Source: an uncultured delta proteobacterium (lineage in GTDB: Bacteria; Desulfobacterota; Binatia; JACPRU01). Taken from it: a stretch of 64,000 bases of DNA. Under the pieces are notes generated by a model. The model was not told where the DNA came from, ran no database searches, and saw only the letters and a program-made list of their open reading frames with translations. The stretch is taken from the NCBI GenBank assembly GCA_963745025.1, contig CAVUWD010000016.1:320001-384000 (forward strand). The letters run 5' to 3'. This document shows, piece by piece, positions 28,494-40,372 of this stretch; position 1 is the stretch's first letter, and every line of letters starts with the position of its first letter. The translations under genes and the position numbers were made by a program.

Positions 28494-29330
28494 ATGAAAT
28501 TTCTCGAAGTCTGTGGTCTTCGCCGCAGCATCCGCATCTTCGATCGCAAGAAGCCGGTCGACCGGCAGCAGATCCAGCGAATTCTGGAGGTGGTGCGGGT
28601 GGCGACGACCTGCCCCGGAAACCTCCAGCCGTGGCGCGCAATCGTCGTTGACCAAGACAAGCTTGCGGCTGCCGACCGCAAGACGTTGCTCGCCGCCGAC
28701 AATTACCAGGCGGCCCATGCCCAGGCCCCGATCTGGATCTACTGGTGCGCCAATACGGATTCGGCGCGTCCGGAATCCTTCCGCATCCGGGTCCACGAGC
28801 TCATCGACGTCGGCGCAATGCCGACCTACTACGGCTGGACGCACGAGACGGTCGACGGCTCGATTCTGCGCGGTGAGATCGCACCCGAGGGAATGGCCAA
28901 CATCGAGCAGATCATCCACGGAATGCCTGCCGAAATGAGCGCGATGATCGCGAGGCAGGAAACCGTCGGCGCCTGCGCGGTCGCCGTGCTGGCCGCCGTG
29001 AACGAGGGGCTCGGCACGTGCCTCCACGCCTGCCACGGCGCCGACAAGATCGAGGACGTGCGCCGCGTGTTGAAGCTCCCCGAATCGTGGAACACCATCT
29101 GGGTGCAGCTGATCGGTCATCCGTTGGAGGACCGTGAAGCCGGCGGACAACGGCCCCGGCTGCCGTTCGGCGAGCTCTTCTTCGAGATGGATCCGACTCG
29201 TCCGTTCGTGCGCGACGAGACGGTGGTGAAGGATCTCGAGCGCGAAGGGTTGTTTCGGGCGCCGAGCCCGAAGCCCGGACGCTTTGAGGAGCTCATGCAG
29301 ATCGGGCGGAAGCTCGGCTATCCGATCTGA
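28494..29330 (+). CDS. Nitroreductase family protein
   Basis: RRSIRIFD, PGNLQPWR, AVNEGLGTC; RBS AGGAGG. Confidence 0.88.
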   Translation: MKFLEVCGLRRSIRIFDRKKPVDRQQIQRILEVVRVATTCPGNLQPWRAIVVDQDKLAAADRKTLLAADNYQAAHAQAPIWIYWCANTDSARPESFRIRVHELIDVGAMPTYYGWTHETVDGSILRGEIAPEGMANIEQIIHGMPAEMSAMIARQETVGACAVAVLAAVNEGLGTCLHACHGADKIEDVRRVLKLPESWNTIWVQLIGHPLEDREAGGQRPRLPFGELFFEMDPTRPFVRDETVVKDLEREGLFRAPSPKPGRFEELMQIGRKLGYPI

Positions 29331-29344
29331 ACCCGGGCCCTGCC

Positions 29345-29668
29345 ATGAACGATCTTCGGAGCTACGCTTCCGTCACGCGATGGATCGACAACGTGAACCG
29401 CTACTACCAGCTTCCCGAGAGCGAGTGGGTCGACCGACTCGCGGCGCTACGCGTCTTCTGTGAGCAGGTGGGCAAGGACCCCGACGCCGTGATCCGCTCC
29501 GCCGTCGAAGAGAAAGGGGCAAAGGTCGAGATGATGCGCCGCTCGAAGCAGATCGCCAAAGAAGCGACCCGCGATGCGCGCGCCGCTCATGATCAGGACG
29601 GCTTCGTGCGCAGCTTCTTCATCCACAACGGCGCACGGGTGGTGGTCCGGCCCTACGAAGAGGAATGA
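29345..29668 (+). CDS. Hypothetical protein
   Basis: 107 aa ORF with coding-like GC3 bias, 14 nt after the nitroreductase. Confidence 0.7.
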   Translation: MNDLRSYASVTRWIDNVNRYYQLPESEWVDRLAALRVFCEQVGKDPDAVIRSAVEEKGAKVEMMRRSKQIAKEATRDARAAHDQDGFVRSFFIHNGARVVVRPYEEE

Positions 29669-29669
29669 C

Positions 29670-29870
29670 GCTTCGGGCGGCGGGCTGCAGCGGCGCGACC
29701 TGGGAGCGGAGCCCGTGCTGAACCTCTGCGGCGGAGACGTCGCGCGAACTTCGTCTCGAGCGGGCGGATAGCGCCGCGCAGATACCGGCGGCTTGCCCCG
29801 TCGCCATAGCGATCCGCGTCACGCGGCACGAGGAATGCGCCTCGTGGGTTGGCCGCAGCGGCCCATCGGG
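29670..29870 (-). pseudogene. C-terminal remnant of FAD-dependent oxidoreductase
   Basis: THEAHSSCRVTRIAMATGQAAGICAALS resembles the conserved C-terminus of the FAD_oxidored family; the rest is missing. Confidence 0.65.
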
Positions 29871-29960
29871 CGCATCTGCCGCTGGCTCAGGCTCTCCGCA
29901 TAGTAGAGATGGCAGAGGCGAGGCTTCTCTCTCCCCCGCAAGTCGAGTAATGGGCACGGC

Positions 29961-30983
29961 ATGAGCGGGGAGCCGTCGACCGCGGAGCGGATTCTGCGAA
30001 TCTTGCGGGACGCCGCCGGTCCGGTGAGTGGCCCGGACATTGCGCGTCGACTGAACATCTCTTGTGCCGCAGTGCGAAAGCACGTGCGCGCCCTCGTCGC
30101 GAACGGCTATCGCATCGGCAGCGAGAATCCCGCCGGTTACCGTCTCGAGGCCCCGTCGACGCGCCTGCTTCCCGCAGAGATCGCTCGACATCTCACGACG
30201 AAGAGGATCGGTCGGATCGTTCATCACTTCGATTCCATCGATTCGACGAATCGCCACGCCATGGACCTGGCGAGGCGCGGCGCCGGGGAAGGCGAGGTGG
30301 TGGTCGCGGAGGTGCAAACCGCCGGCCGCGGGCGGCTCGGCCGCTCGTTCTTTTCGCCCGAGGGTGTCAGCTTCTATGGATCGATCATCTTGCGACCGGA
30401 CATCCCGCCGGCGCGAGCGCCGCAGATCACTCTGCTTGCCGGCCTCGCGGTCGCCGAAACCGTCGAGAAGCATGCGGGAATCCGCCCGGGACTCAAATGG
30501 CCAAACGACGTGCTCCTCGGCCCGCGGAAGATCGCCGGGATCCTCACCGAGATGGAATCGGAAGCGGCCCGCGTCCTCCATGTCGTCTGTGGCCCCGGCA
30601 TCAACCTGAACGTCCCGACGGCGGAGTTTCCGCTCGAGCTACGCGCCATCGCCACGTCCATTCTCGCGGCGACCGGCCGCAGCGTCGATCGCGCCGCCTT
30701 CGCGGCCGACCTGTTCGGTAGCTTCGAGCGCCTCTACGACGAGTTCCTCTCCAGGGGCCTCGGTCGCTTGCGAGAGCCCTGGGACGCGTATTCGGTCCTC
30801 AACGGCGAATGGGTCAGTGTCGAAGGCGCAGGAGAGACGCTCGAAGGTCGAGTGCTCGGCATCGACGAGGAGGGTGCGCTCCGGCTCGAAGGTCGGCAGG
30901 GTCGACTCGTGCGCGCGATCGCCGGCGACGTGACGTTGAAGAAGGAGGCTACTGGCTTACCGGCTACCCGAAAGAGGCCCTGA
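29961..30983 (+). CDS. birA: Bifunctional biotin--ACC ligase / biotin repressor
   Basis: N-terminal HTH, DSTN, QTAGRGRLGR, KWPNDV, KIAGILTE. Confidence 0.95.
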   Translation: MSGEPSTAERILRILRDAAGPVSGPDIARRLNISCAAVRKHVRALVANGYRIGSENPAGYRLEAPSTRLLPAEIARHLTTKRIGRIVHHFDSIDSTNRHAMDLARRGAGEGEVVVAEVQTAGRGRLGRSFFSPEGVSFYGSIILRPDIPPARAPQITLLAGLAVAETVEKHAGIRPGLKWPNDVLLGPRKIAGILTEMESEAARVLHVVCGPGINLNVPTAEFPLELRAIATSILAATGRSVDRAAFAADLFGSFERLYDEFLSRGLGRLREPWDAYSVLNGEWVSVEGAGETLEGRVLGIDEEGALRLEGRQGRLVRAIAGDVTLKKEATGLPATRKRP

Positions 30984-31132
30984 GTCTTTGGGGTAGTCTC
31001 CTGAAAGGAGACCGAGCACTCCTCCAGATGCGCGTCGCGCCGATCTGCGGTAGCGACGTCCACATTCCCCGACGAGTCGATCCCGACCGACGGAACATTC
31101 GCTCGTGAAATCTTCGAGAACGGCGGTGGTTC

Positions 31133-32107
<975 letters not shown>

Positions 32108-32229
32108 GAGAAAACGCGGCGCAGAACGTTACGGGGACGTTGGCAACATTGTCAACGTCCCGGCGGGTTTGCCGGAAAGAAATTTGATGATGCTACCAAT
32201 ATCCCGGTGAACCCCTGCCTGCGAAGACA

Positions 32230-32263
32230 CGAACGCCGCGCCCCGGAAAGGGTGCGGCGTTCG
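32230..32263 (-). terminator. Hairpin terminator after groEL
   Basis: CGAACGCCGCGCCC-loop-GGGTGCGGCGTTCG. Confidence 0.65.
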
Positions 32264-32319
32264 CGCACGGAGCGTCATGCGCAGGCCGGCTTCGGCTGCG
32301 AAGCGAGACGCAGATCCGG

Positions 32320-33954
<1,635 letters not shown>

Positions 33955-33964
33955 TTAGGATTGT

Positions 33965-34255
33965 CTATTCGATCACTCCGAGGACGTCATCCTCGCGGAG
34001 AATCAAATGCTCCTCACCATCGAGCTTGAACTCGGTGCCCGAATACTTTGCGAACAGCACCTTGTCGCCCGCCTTGACGTCCAGCGGCAACACCTTACCG
34101 TCCTCGCGCCTGCCGGGTCCGACGGCGATCACCTTCCCCTGTTGAGGCTTTTCCTTCGCTGTATCGGGGATGATGATACCGCCCTTGCTCCTGTCCTCCT
34201 CCTCTAGCCGCTTGACGATGATCCGGTCGTGCAGTGGCTTCACTCGCTTCGCCAT
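33965..34255 (-). CDS. groS: Co-chaperonin GroES
   Basis: [23 protein letters not shown]; RBS GGAGG. Confidence 0.97.
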   Translation of the reverse strand: MAKRVKPLHDRIIVKRLEEEDRSKGGIIIPDTAKEKPQQGKVIAVGPGRREDGKVLPLDVKAGDKVLFAKYSGTEFKLDGEEHLILREDDVLGVIE

Positions 34256-34313
34256 AATCCTGTGTTCCTCCCTGAAGGCTGTTGCTGGCGGGCGGAACTT
34301 CACATGCCGCCCC

Positions 34314-34340
34314 GTACGTCTCGAGCAGGGCGAGTCTAAT
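34314..34340. promoter_or_regulatory. Degenerate CIRCE-like element
   Basis: GTACGTCTC-N9-GAGTCTAA versus consensus TTAGCACTC-N9-GAGTGCTAA, upstream of groES. Confidence 0.3.
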
Positions 34341-34715
34341 TTCGATCGCGCGCGGATCAAGGGCCGGATGAAAAAAATTCTTTCTCGATAGCTGTGAGGC
34401 CGTCGCGGACGGGGAGAAGGCCCAGCCCCTGGTCGAAGAGATCGGATGGAATCAGGCCGCCCGTGGCCGCTACCGCGTCGGGGTCGGCTTCATCGATACT
34501 TGCGGCAGCGAGACGGGGGAGGCCGAGTTTCGGATGGTGACGGAAGTGTCCGGCAAGCGCCGGGAGCAGACCAGAACGGTCGGCAACCGAGTTTGACGTG
34601 TCGCAGAGATAGAGTGAGACTACGCGTACCCCATTTACGGTGATGAAACGGATGGGGTCATTGAAAACGATCGGCAAGAGAGGGACCGCGGAGCCTTAGC
34701 CGAAAGCCGATAGCC

Positions 34716-35171
34716 GTGCTGAACGTTGGTGAAAAGGTCCCAGAGATCGCGGCTCCGCTCCACGACGGCGGGGAGTTTTCGACGGCGAAGCTCCGCGGCA
34801 AGCCCTACGTCATCTATTTCTATCCGAAGGACTTCACGCCCGGCTGAACCAAGGAAGCCTGTACCTTCCGGGACCGGAAGGCCGACGTCTCCGCGGCAGG
34901 GGCCGAAGTCTACGGTGTCAGCCTCGACGGCCTCGAGCAGCACAAGGCGTTCGCCGAATCGCTGAAGCTCAATTTCCCGCTCATCCCTGACCCCGACAAG
35001 AAGCTCTCGGGTGTCTTCGGTGTCCTGCGGCTCTGGGGGCTCTTGCCGATCACCAAGCGCGTCACGTTCGTGGTCGACGGCTCGGGTGTGGTTCGCAACG
35101 TGATCGCGGCGGAGTTCAACATCGACAAGCACGTCGATGAGGCGATCACGACGCTCCGCTCGATCCGCTAG
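34716..35171 (+). CDS. bcp: Selenocysteine-containing peroxiredoxin (BCP/PrxQ), 151 aa
   Basis: GTG start; YFYPKDFTPG-TGA(34845-34847)-TKEACTFRD; continues in frame (VYGVSLD...LNFPLIPD...KRVTFVVD) to TAG. TGA is at the peroxidatic Cys position. Confidence 0.88.
34864..34881 (+). promoter_or_regulatory. Bacterial SECIS hairpin
   Basis: CCTTCCG-GGAC-CGGAAGG, with stem 16 nt after the UGA and a G-starting apical loop. Confidence 0.75.
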
Positions 35172-35221
35172 AAGAGCATCCCGGGGTGAAGCGGTCGTTT
35201 GATTGAGGGGCCGCCCGAAGC

Positions 35222-36643
35222 CTATTCTCTCAACGTGCGCTGATACAGCCGGCGGATCGCGGCGATCTTCTTCTCGAAGTTCTGCGGGGTCCAGTCGCCG
35301 GTCGCGATCGGCTTGTGTACGACCACTTCGATCGTGGCGGGGCGCACGAACATCGCGTGCTTCGGCAGCGCGTCGAGGGTGTTCTTGAAGACGATCGGTA
35401 CGATCGGAACCTCGGCGGCCATTGCCAGGTGAAACGCGCCCTTCTTGAAGCGGCCGAGCTTGGGCGTCGCGCTGCGCGTGCCCTCGGGGGCGATCGCGAT
35501 CGACAAGCCCCTCTTCAGCGCATCGATTGCGGGCTCGAGGGCTCGCACCGCCTGCTCGCGATTCGCGCGATCGACGAAGACCGCTCCGGCCAGCGTGAAC
35601 ACCGGCCCGAAGATCGGGTTGTTCTTCACCTCCTTCTTGGCGATGCCGATGAAGTCGCGGCGCAGCAGCTTGCAGAGCAGCAGCATGTCGATGGCGCTCT
35701 GGTGATTGAAGATGAAGACGGCGGGGCGATGTGACCAGAGGTGGCCTTCTCCCTGCACCCGTACGTCGACGCCGGCGATCGCCGTGCCGATCTCTCCCCA
35801 CACGCTCGCGGCCACGTTGACGGCCCTTCGCCAGCTGCCGTCCAAGAGAAAGGCCGGCAGGCCGAGCAGCGCGGAAGGAATCAGGCTGCCGACCGCGAGC
35901 GACGTGCGCAGGACCTCCGTGGCGCCCGGGGTGCCGCGGCTCGTGAAATCGCGAATCGGCCAGCCGCGCTTCACGGCGATCTCGCGAAGCCGGCCGTTCG
36001 GGTTGGTCGGTCGCGGCTTGCCGACGATCGCGAGCAGAGACAAGTCCTCCTCGCTGTCCGTGTAGAAGTAGCTCTCCTCGAGGTCGATTGCGTGCGCGGC
36101 GGCGAGCTCACGAGCGGCGATCGCTTTGCCTTCGCCGTAACACGTCGGCTTCAAGACCCCTCCGGTGAACTTGCCGTCCTTCACCTCGAGGCGAGTGCAG
36201 AGCACGTGGCGGATGCCGAGGTTCTGCGCGAGCGGATCGATCTGGTAGCGTGTCGCAGAGGACACGACTGCCACGGTATGTCCCTTCTTCAGGTGCGCCT
36301 GCACGAGCGTGCGCGATTCGGGATAGACGTCAGCGGCCAGGCGATCGTGGAAGATGCGCTCACCGATTGCCGCGAACTCCGTCTCCGGAGTGCCGCGCAG
36401 TCCTGCCGACGTGCCGGCGGCGAACGAGGAAAAGCCGATCTGACCGAGCTCGAATTGGGCGATCGCGATGGCCGTCTCGAGCATGCCGCGCGGGCCCATG
36501 CGGCCCGACACGATGCCATCGCGGATGAATTCGATCACGGAGAACCCGGCGAGCAGAGTCCGGTCGACGTCGAAGAACGCTGCGATCTGCGGGCCGGAGG
36601 GTCCGTCGAGGATCTCGCGTGTCAGCTCGGAACGCTCGGGCAT
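35222..36643 (-). CDS. HAD-IB hydrolase / PlsC acyltransferase fusion
   Basis: FFDVDRTL, YTDS; NHQSAID, APEGTRS, FKKGAF. Confidence 0.9.
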   Translation of the reverse strand: MPERSELTREILDGPSGPQIAAFFDVDRTLLAGFSVIEFIRDGIVSGRMGPRGMLETAIAIAQFELGQIGFSSFAAGTSAGLRGTPETEFAAIGERIFHDRLAADVYPESRTLVQAHLKKGHTVAVVSSATRYQIDPLAQNLGIRHVLCTRLEVKDGKFTGGVLKPTCYGEGKAIAARELAAAHAIDLEESYFYTDSEEDLSLLAIVGKPRPTNPNGRLREIAVKRGWPIRDFTSRGTPGATEVLRTSLAVGSLIPSALLGLPAFLLDGSWRRAVNVAASVWGEIGTAIAGVDVRVQGEGHLWSHRPAVFIFNHQSAIDMLLLCKLLRRDFIGIAKKEVKNNPIFGPVFTLAGAVFVDRANREQAVRALEPAIDALKRGLSIAIAPEGTRSATPKLGRFKKGAFHLAMAAEVPIVPIVFKNTLDALPKHAMFVRPATIEVVVHKPIATGDWTPQNFEKKIAAIRRLYQRTLRE

Positions 36644-36764
36644 GGGGAGACCGAAGGGAAGCCTCTCAGCGCAGACTCGGGGCTGCGACCGAAACGCCCC
36701 AGGGTGATGAGGCCTCGTATCTCATATCTTCGTGCGGAACCGTTACGTGCTCTCCCCTACTAGT

Positions 36765-37433
36765 TCAGAAGCGTGCGTCGATGGCAATCGCTCTCCCCAG
36801 GCGAGCGAGATACTCCTCGCGGGGGACGGTGAGCACGCCGAGCGAGACGAGATGCGGGGTGACGAACTGCACGTCGAGCAGTACGAAGCCGTTGCGACCG
36901 AGGCGCTCCACCAGCTCGGCCAACGCGACCTTGGAGGCGTCGGCCTCGCGGTGGAACATCGACTCGGCTGCAAAGAAGCCGCCGATCGCGAGGCCATACA
37001 GTCCCCCGGCCAGACGTTCGCCCGCCCACACCTCGATGCTGTGTACCCAGCCGAGCTCATGGAGCTCGAGGTAGGCCGCCTTCATCTGCGGCGTGATCCA
37101 CGTGCCCTCGGAACGATCCGCGCATCCGGCCATGACGTCGCGACACGCATGGTCGGCGGTCACTCGAAACACGCCGCGACGACGTTTGCGCCGCAAGCTG
37201 CGCGATTCACGAAAGCCGTCGAGCGGTAAGATGGCTCGGGGATCGGGTGACCACCAGAGGAGCCGACCGTCGGGATCCGGCCAGGGAAAGATGCCCGCTC
37301 GGTATGCCGCCAGCACCGTGCCCGGCTGCAGGTCGCCGCCTGCGGCGAGCAATCCATTGGGCAACGCGGCCCGCGGATCGGGCATGCGGTAGCGGCTCGG
37401 CAACACCCCTCGCGGGCTCATCGCAAGCGCCAT
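36765..37433 (-). CDS. aat: Leucyl/phenylalanyl-tRNA--protein transferase
   Basis: AYRAGIFPW, WWSPDPR, HSIEVW, GGLYG, ESMFH, ASKVAL. Confidence 0.94.
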   Translation of the reverse strand: MALAMSPRGVLPSRYRMPDPRAALPNGLLAAGGDLQPGTVLAAYRAGIFPWPDPDGRLLWWSPDPRAILPLDGFRESRSLRRKRRRGVFRVTADHACRDVMAGCADRSEGTWITPQMKAAYLELHELGWVHSIEVWAGERLAGGLYGLAIGGFFAAESMFHREADASKVALAELVERLGRNGFVLLDVQFVTPHLVSLGVLTVPREEYLARLGRAIAIDARF

Positions 37434-37504
37434 CTTACCCTCGTGGTGCCGAGAGCCGAAGACCGAGAGCCGAGGGGCATTCCGCCGCGCATCTCCGAGC
37501 GCAA

Positions 37505-38293
37505 TCAGACGGTCACGTGAGCGGCGACGAAGCGGACGATCTCATCGATCACGGACGGGTGCTCGAAGATGTCGTTGTGACCGGCCCCGGGGACGCGAAG
37601 AAACCGCTTCGGCTCCCGCGCCAGCGCAAACAACTCCTCGCCGAGCGCGTAGGGAACGATCGCGTCACGGTCGCCGTGGACGGCGAAGAACGGAACCGAC
37701 AGCCGACCCACGAGATCCGTCGAATCAAACCGCGCGCCGGCGAGAAAGGCGAGGCTCCCGTAGTGGATGCGAGCGACCTCGCGGAGGCTCGTGAACGCCG
37801 ACACGACGACAACGGCGGCGCAGGGGCGCTCGGTCGCGAGACGAATCGACACGGCGCCTCCGAGCGACTCGCCGAAGCAGACGATCCGTGACGGAGGCGT
37901 GCCGTGCGCACGCTCGCTGTCGAAGGCTGCCGCCGCGTCGAGATAGACGCCCGCCTCGCTCGGCCGTCCCTGGCTCTTGCCGTAGCCACGGTAGTCGTAG
38001 GCGAGAACGTCGACGCCATGCGAAACGAGCGCCAGCAGCACGTCCGCACGGCCGGCGATATTGCCGGCGTTACCGTGCGACCACACGAGCGTCGCCCGCG
38101 CGGACGCGCTCCGCGCTACCCACGCGTGGAGGCGCACACCGTCGGCGGCAGTCAGCCAACGCTCTTCGACGCCCGCCGGAGGATCACCGACGAAGGGATC
38201 CGGGAAAAAAACCAGTCGGTCGATCATGACCCGAAAGCCCGAGAGCAGAGTGGCGGCGAACAGCGTCCACGCGACCTTCCGTGCCGGGCTCAC
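37505..38293 (-). CDS. Alpha/beta hydrolase
   Basis: HGNAGN, DYRGYG, GESLGG, HGDRD, GAGHND. Confidence 0.9.
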   Translation of the reverse strand: MSPARKVAWTLFAATLLSGFRVMIDRLVFFPDPFVGDPPAGVEERWLTAADGVRLHAWVARSASARATLVWSHGNAGNIAGRADVLLALVSHGVDVLAYDYRGYGKSQGRPSEAGVYLDAAAAFDSERAHGTPPSRIVCFGESLGGAVSIRLATERPCAAVVVVSAFTSLREVARIHYGSLAFLAGARFDSTDLVGRLSVPFFAVHGDRDAIVPYALGEELFALAREPKRFLRVPGAGHNDIFEHPSVIDEIVRFVAAHVTV

Positions 38294-38304
38294 AGGCCGT
38301 CACG

Positions 38305-39285
38305 TCAGGCGACCTGGAGCGCAACCTTACCGAAGTGGACGCTCGACTGCACGATGCGATGCGCCTCAGCGGCATTCGCAAGCGGCAGGACACGATCCAC
38401 GACCGGGCGAAGGCGACCAGCCTGCAACGCCGCACCGAAGCGTGTCTCGAACGCGCGGATGATGGATGCCTTCTCGGTTACTGGCCGACCCCGTAAGGTC
38501 GAGCCGACGACCTGCAACCGCTTCATCAGCAACGCGGCGAGATCGATCTCGCCGCGCGCGCCGCCGATCAACCCGATGATCACCAGCTTGCCGCCGACGG
38601 CGAGAATGGAGAGATTCGGCGCGAGGTAGCGCCCGCCGATCGAATCGAGAACGACGTCGACCCCGCGGCCGCCGGTGGATTCCCGCACCGGCGCCGCGAA
38701 GTCACCGTCGCGATAGTTGATGGCAACGTCGGCCCCATGCTCGCGGCAACGGCGGCACTTCTCGTCGCTGCCGGCCGTCACCAGGACTCGCAGGCCGGCC
38801 TCCCTGCACAGCGTGATCGCCGCCGTTCCGACGCCGCTCCCTCCACCATGCACGAGAACGCTCCCCTGCGGAGGGGGGTCACCCAGGAGAAAGATGTTGA
38901 GAAACGCGGTGAGAAACACTTCGGGAAACGCGCCAGCCTCCCGATCGCTCAATGCGGCGGGAACGGGAATCGCCGAGCCGGCATGCACGATCGCCTCTTC
39001 GGCGTACCCACCGCCCGGCAGCAACGCCATCGCACGATCGCCGCGCGTCCAGCCCGTCACGTTCGCACCGATCTCGACGACTTCGCCTGCACATTCGAGT
39101 CCGAGAATCGCCGAGGCGCCCGGAGGAGGTGGATACAGTCCTTGGCGCTGCATCAGGTCGGCTCGGTTGACCGCCGTCGCCCGCACGCGAATCCGCAGGT
39201 CGTCGGGTCCGGGAGTCGGCGGGGGCACGTCGCCAAGGTGGAGAACCGACTCGTCCCCCGGCTGATCGAACACGATCGCTCGCAT
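38305..39285 (-). CDS. NAD(P)H-quinone oxidoreductase (PIG3/zeta-crystallin type)
   Basis: VNRADLMQRQGLYPPPPG, VHGGGSGVG, GSTLRGR. Confidence 0.92.
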   Translation of the reverse strand: MRAIVFDQPGDESVLHLGDVPPPTPGPDDLRIRVRATAVNRADLMQRQGLYPPPPGASAILGLECAGEVVEIGANVTGWTRGDRAMALLPGGGYAEEAIVHAGSAIPVPAALSDREAGAFPEVFLTAFLNIFLLGDPPPQGSVLVHGGGSGVGTAAITLCREAGLRVLVTAGSDEKCRRCREHGADVAINYRDGDFAAPVRESTGGRGVDVVLDSIGGRYLAPNLSILAVGGKLVIIGLIGGARGEIDLAALLMKRLQVVGSTLRGRPVTEKASIIRAFETRFGAALQAGRLRPVVDRVLPLANAAEAHRIVQSSVHFGKVALQVA

Positions 39286-39423
39286 CGTCGTCCTTCTAGC
39301 GCCCCCCGATGCGGAAGAAAACTCGCCGCGCATCATTTTGGGCGTTGAAGCGCTGTCGACCCCGCACGATGTTGCGGGAAAGGCCCTGATCGCTTACGTC
39401 AAGGTACCGGTTGTGGGGACGTC

Positions 39424-39942
39424 GTGCGTCGACGTCGCGAAGGAGGACCGACGGAAGCCGAAGCCAGCGAGTGGATGGCCCGCGCGCTCGCCGAAGCGAG
39501 GCGAGCGGAGAAACTCGGCGAGGTCCCGATTGGCGCGGTCGTCGTCGCCAACGGGAAGATCATCGGTCGGGGACACAACGAGACGATCCGTGCCCACGAT
39601 CCGACCGCGCATGCCGAGATTCTCGCGCTCCGCCGCGCGAGTCGTCGACTCGGTCTCGAGCGGCTGACCGATGCCGCGATTTTCGTGACGCTTGAGCCGT
39701 GCGCGATGTGCGTCGGGGCGATGATCCAGGCGCGCATCGCCTCGCTGACGTTCGCCTGCCGCGACTCCAAGGCGGGAGCGGTCGTCTCGCTCTATGCGCT
39801 CGCCAGCGACCCGCGCCTAAATCACCGCTTCGGGTTTCGCGAGGGAGTTCTCGAAACGGAGTGTCGAAGCCTGCTCCAGGAATTCTTTCGCAGGCGGCGC
39901 ATGGTGAATCGTCGCGCGACGAAATCGCGCGCGGCGAGTTGA
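39424..39942 (+). CDS. tadA: tRNA adenosine(34) deaminase
   Basis: GEVPIGAV, DPTAHAE, TLEPCAMC. Confidence 0.94.
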   Translation: MRRRREGGPTEAEASEWMARALAEARRAEKLGEVPIGAVVVANGKIIGRGHNETIRAHDPTAHAEILALRRASRRLGLERLTDAAIFVTLEPCAMCVGAMIQARIASLTFACRDSKAGAVVSLYALASDPRLNHRFGFREGVLETECRSLLQEFFRRRRMVNRRATKSRAAS

Positions 39943-39964
39943 TTTCACCGCTCCCTCGATTTCG

Positions 39965-40372
39965 TCAATGGGCCAGACGCCGTTGCGCGGCGAGGTCGCG
40001 CACGGCGCGCACGATCTCGTCGGCCGAGGCACTTGGGCCGAAGACCGCCGCCACACCCTTCTCGCGCAATCGACGGCCGTCGGCGGGAGTGATCACCGAG
40101 CCACCGAGAACGAGTGGGATGCCATCGTCACGGTCGCGTAAAAGGTGGAGGAGATCGTCGACATAATAGACGTACTCCCATGAGTGACAGCTCACACCGA
40201 CGACGTCGACGCTTTCGTCGAGCGCCGTTGCGGCAATCGTCCGCGGCGAGGCGAAACGGCCGAGATAGATCACTTCCATGCCGGCGTCGCGCAACATCGA
40301 GGACACGGCGAGCGCCCCGGTCTCGTGCTGATCGAGGCCGAGGATCGCGACGAGCACCCGTTCAGGCGTCAT
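39965..40372 (-). CDS. Cobalamin-binding small subunit of acyl-CoA mutase
   Basis: GLDQHETG (DxHxxG), LRDAGMEVIYLG, GVAAVFGP. Confidence 0.88.
   Translation of the reverse strand: MTPERVLVAILGLDQHETGALAVSSMLRDAGMEVIYLGRFASPRTIAATALDESVDVVGVSCHSWEYVYYVDDLLHLLRDRDDGIPLVLGGSVITPADGRRLREKGVAAVFGPSASADEIVRAVRDLAAQRRLAH

Noticed and set aside
34380-34597. Coding-like frame (EAVADGEK...[13 protein letters not shown]) and a hairpin near 34628-34660 upstream of groES
   Set aside because: No start codon and no recognisable family or RNA motif; at most a gene remnant.
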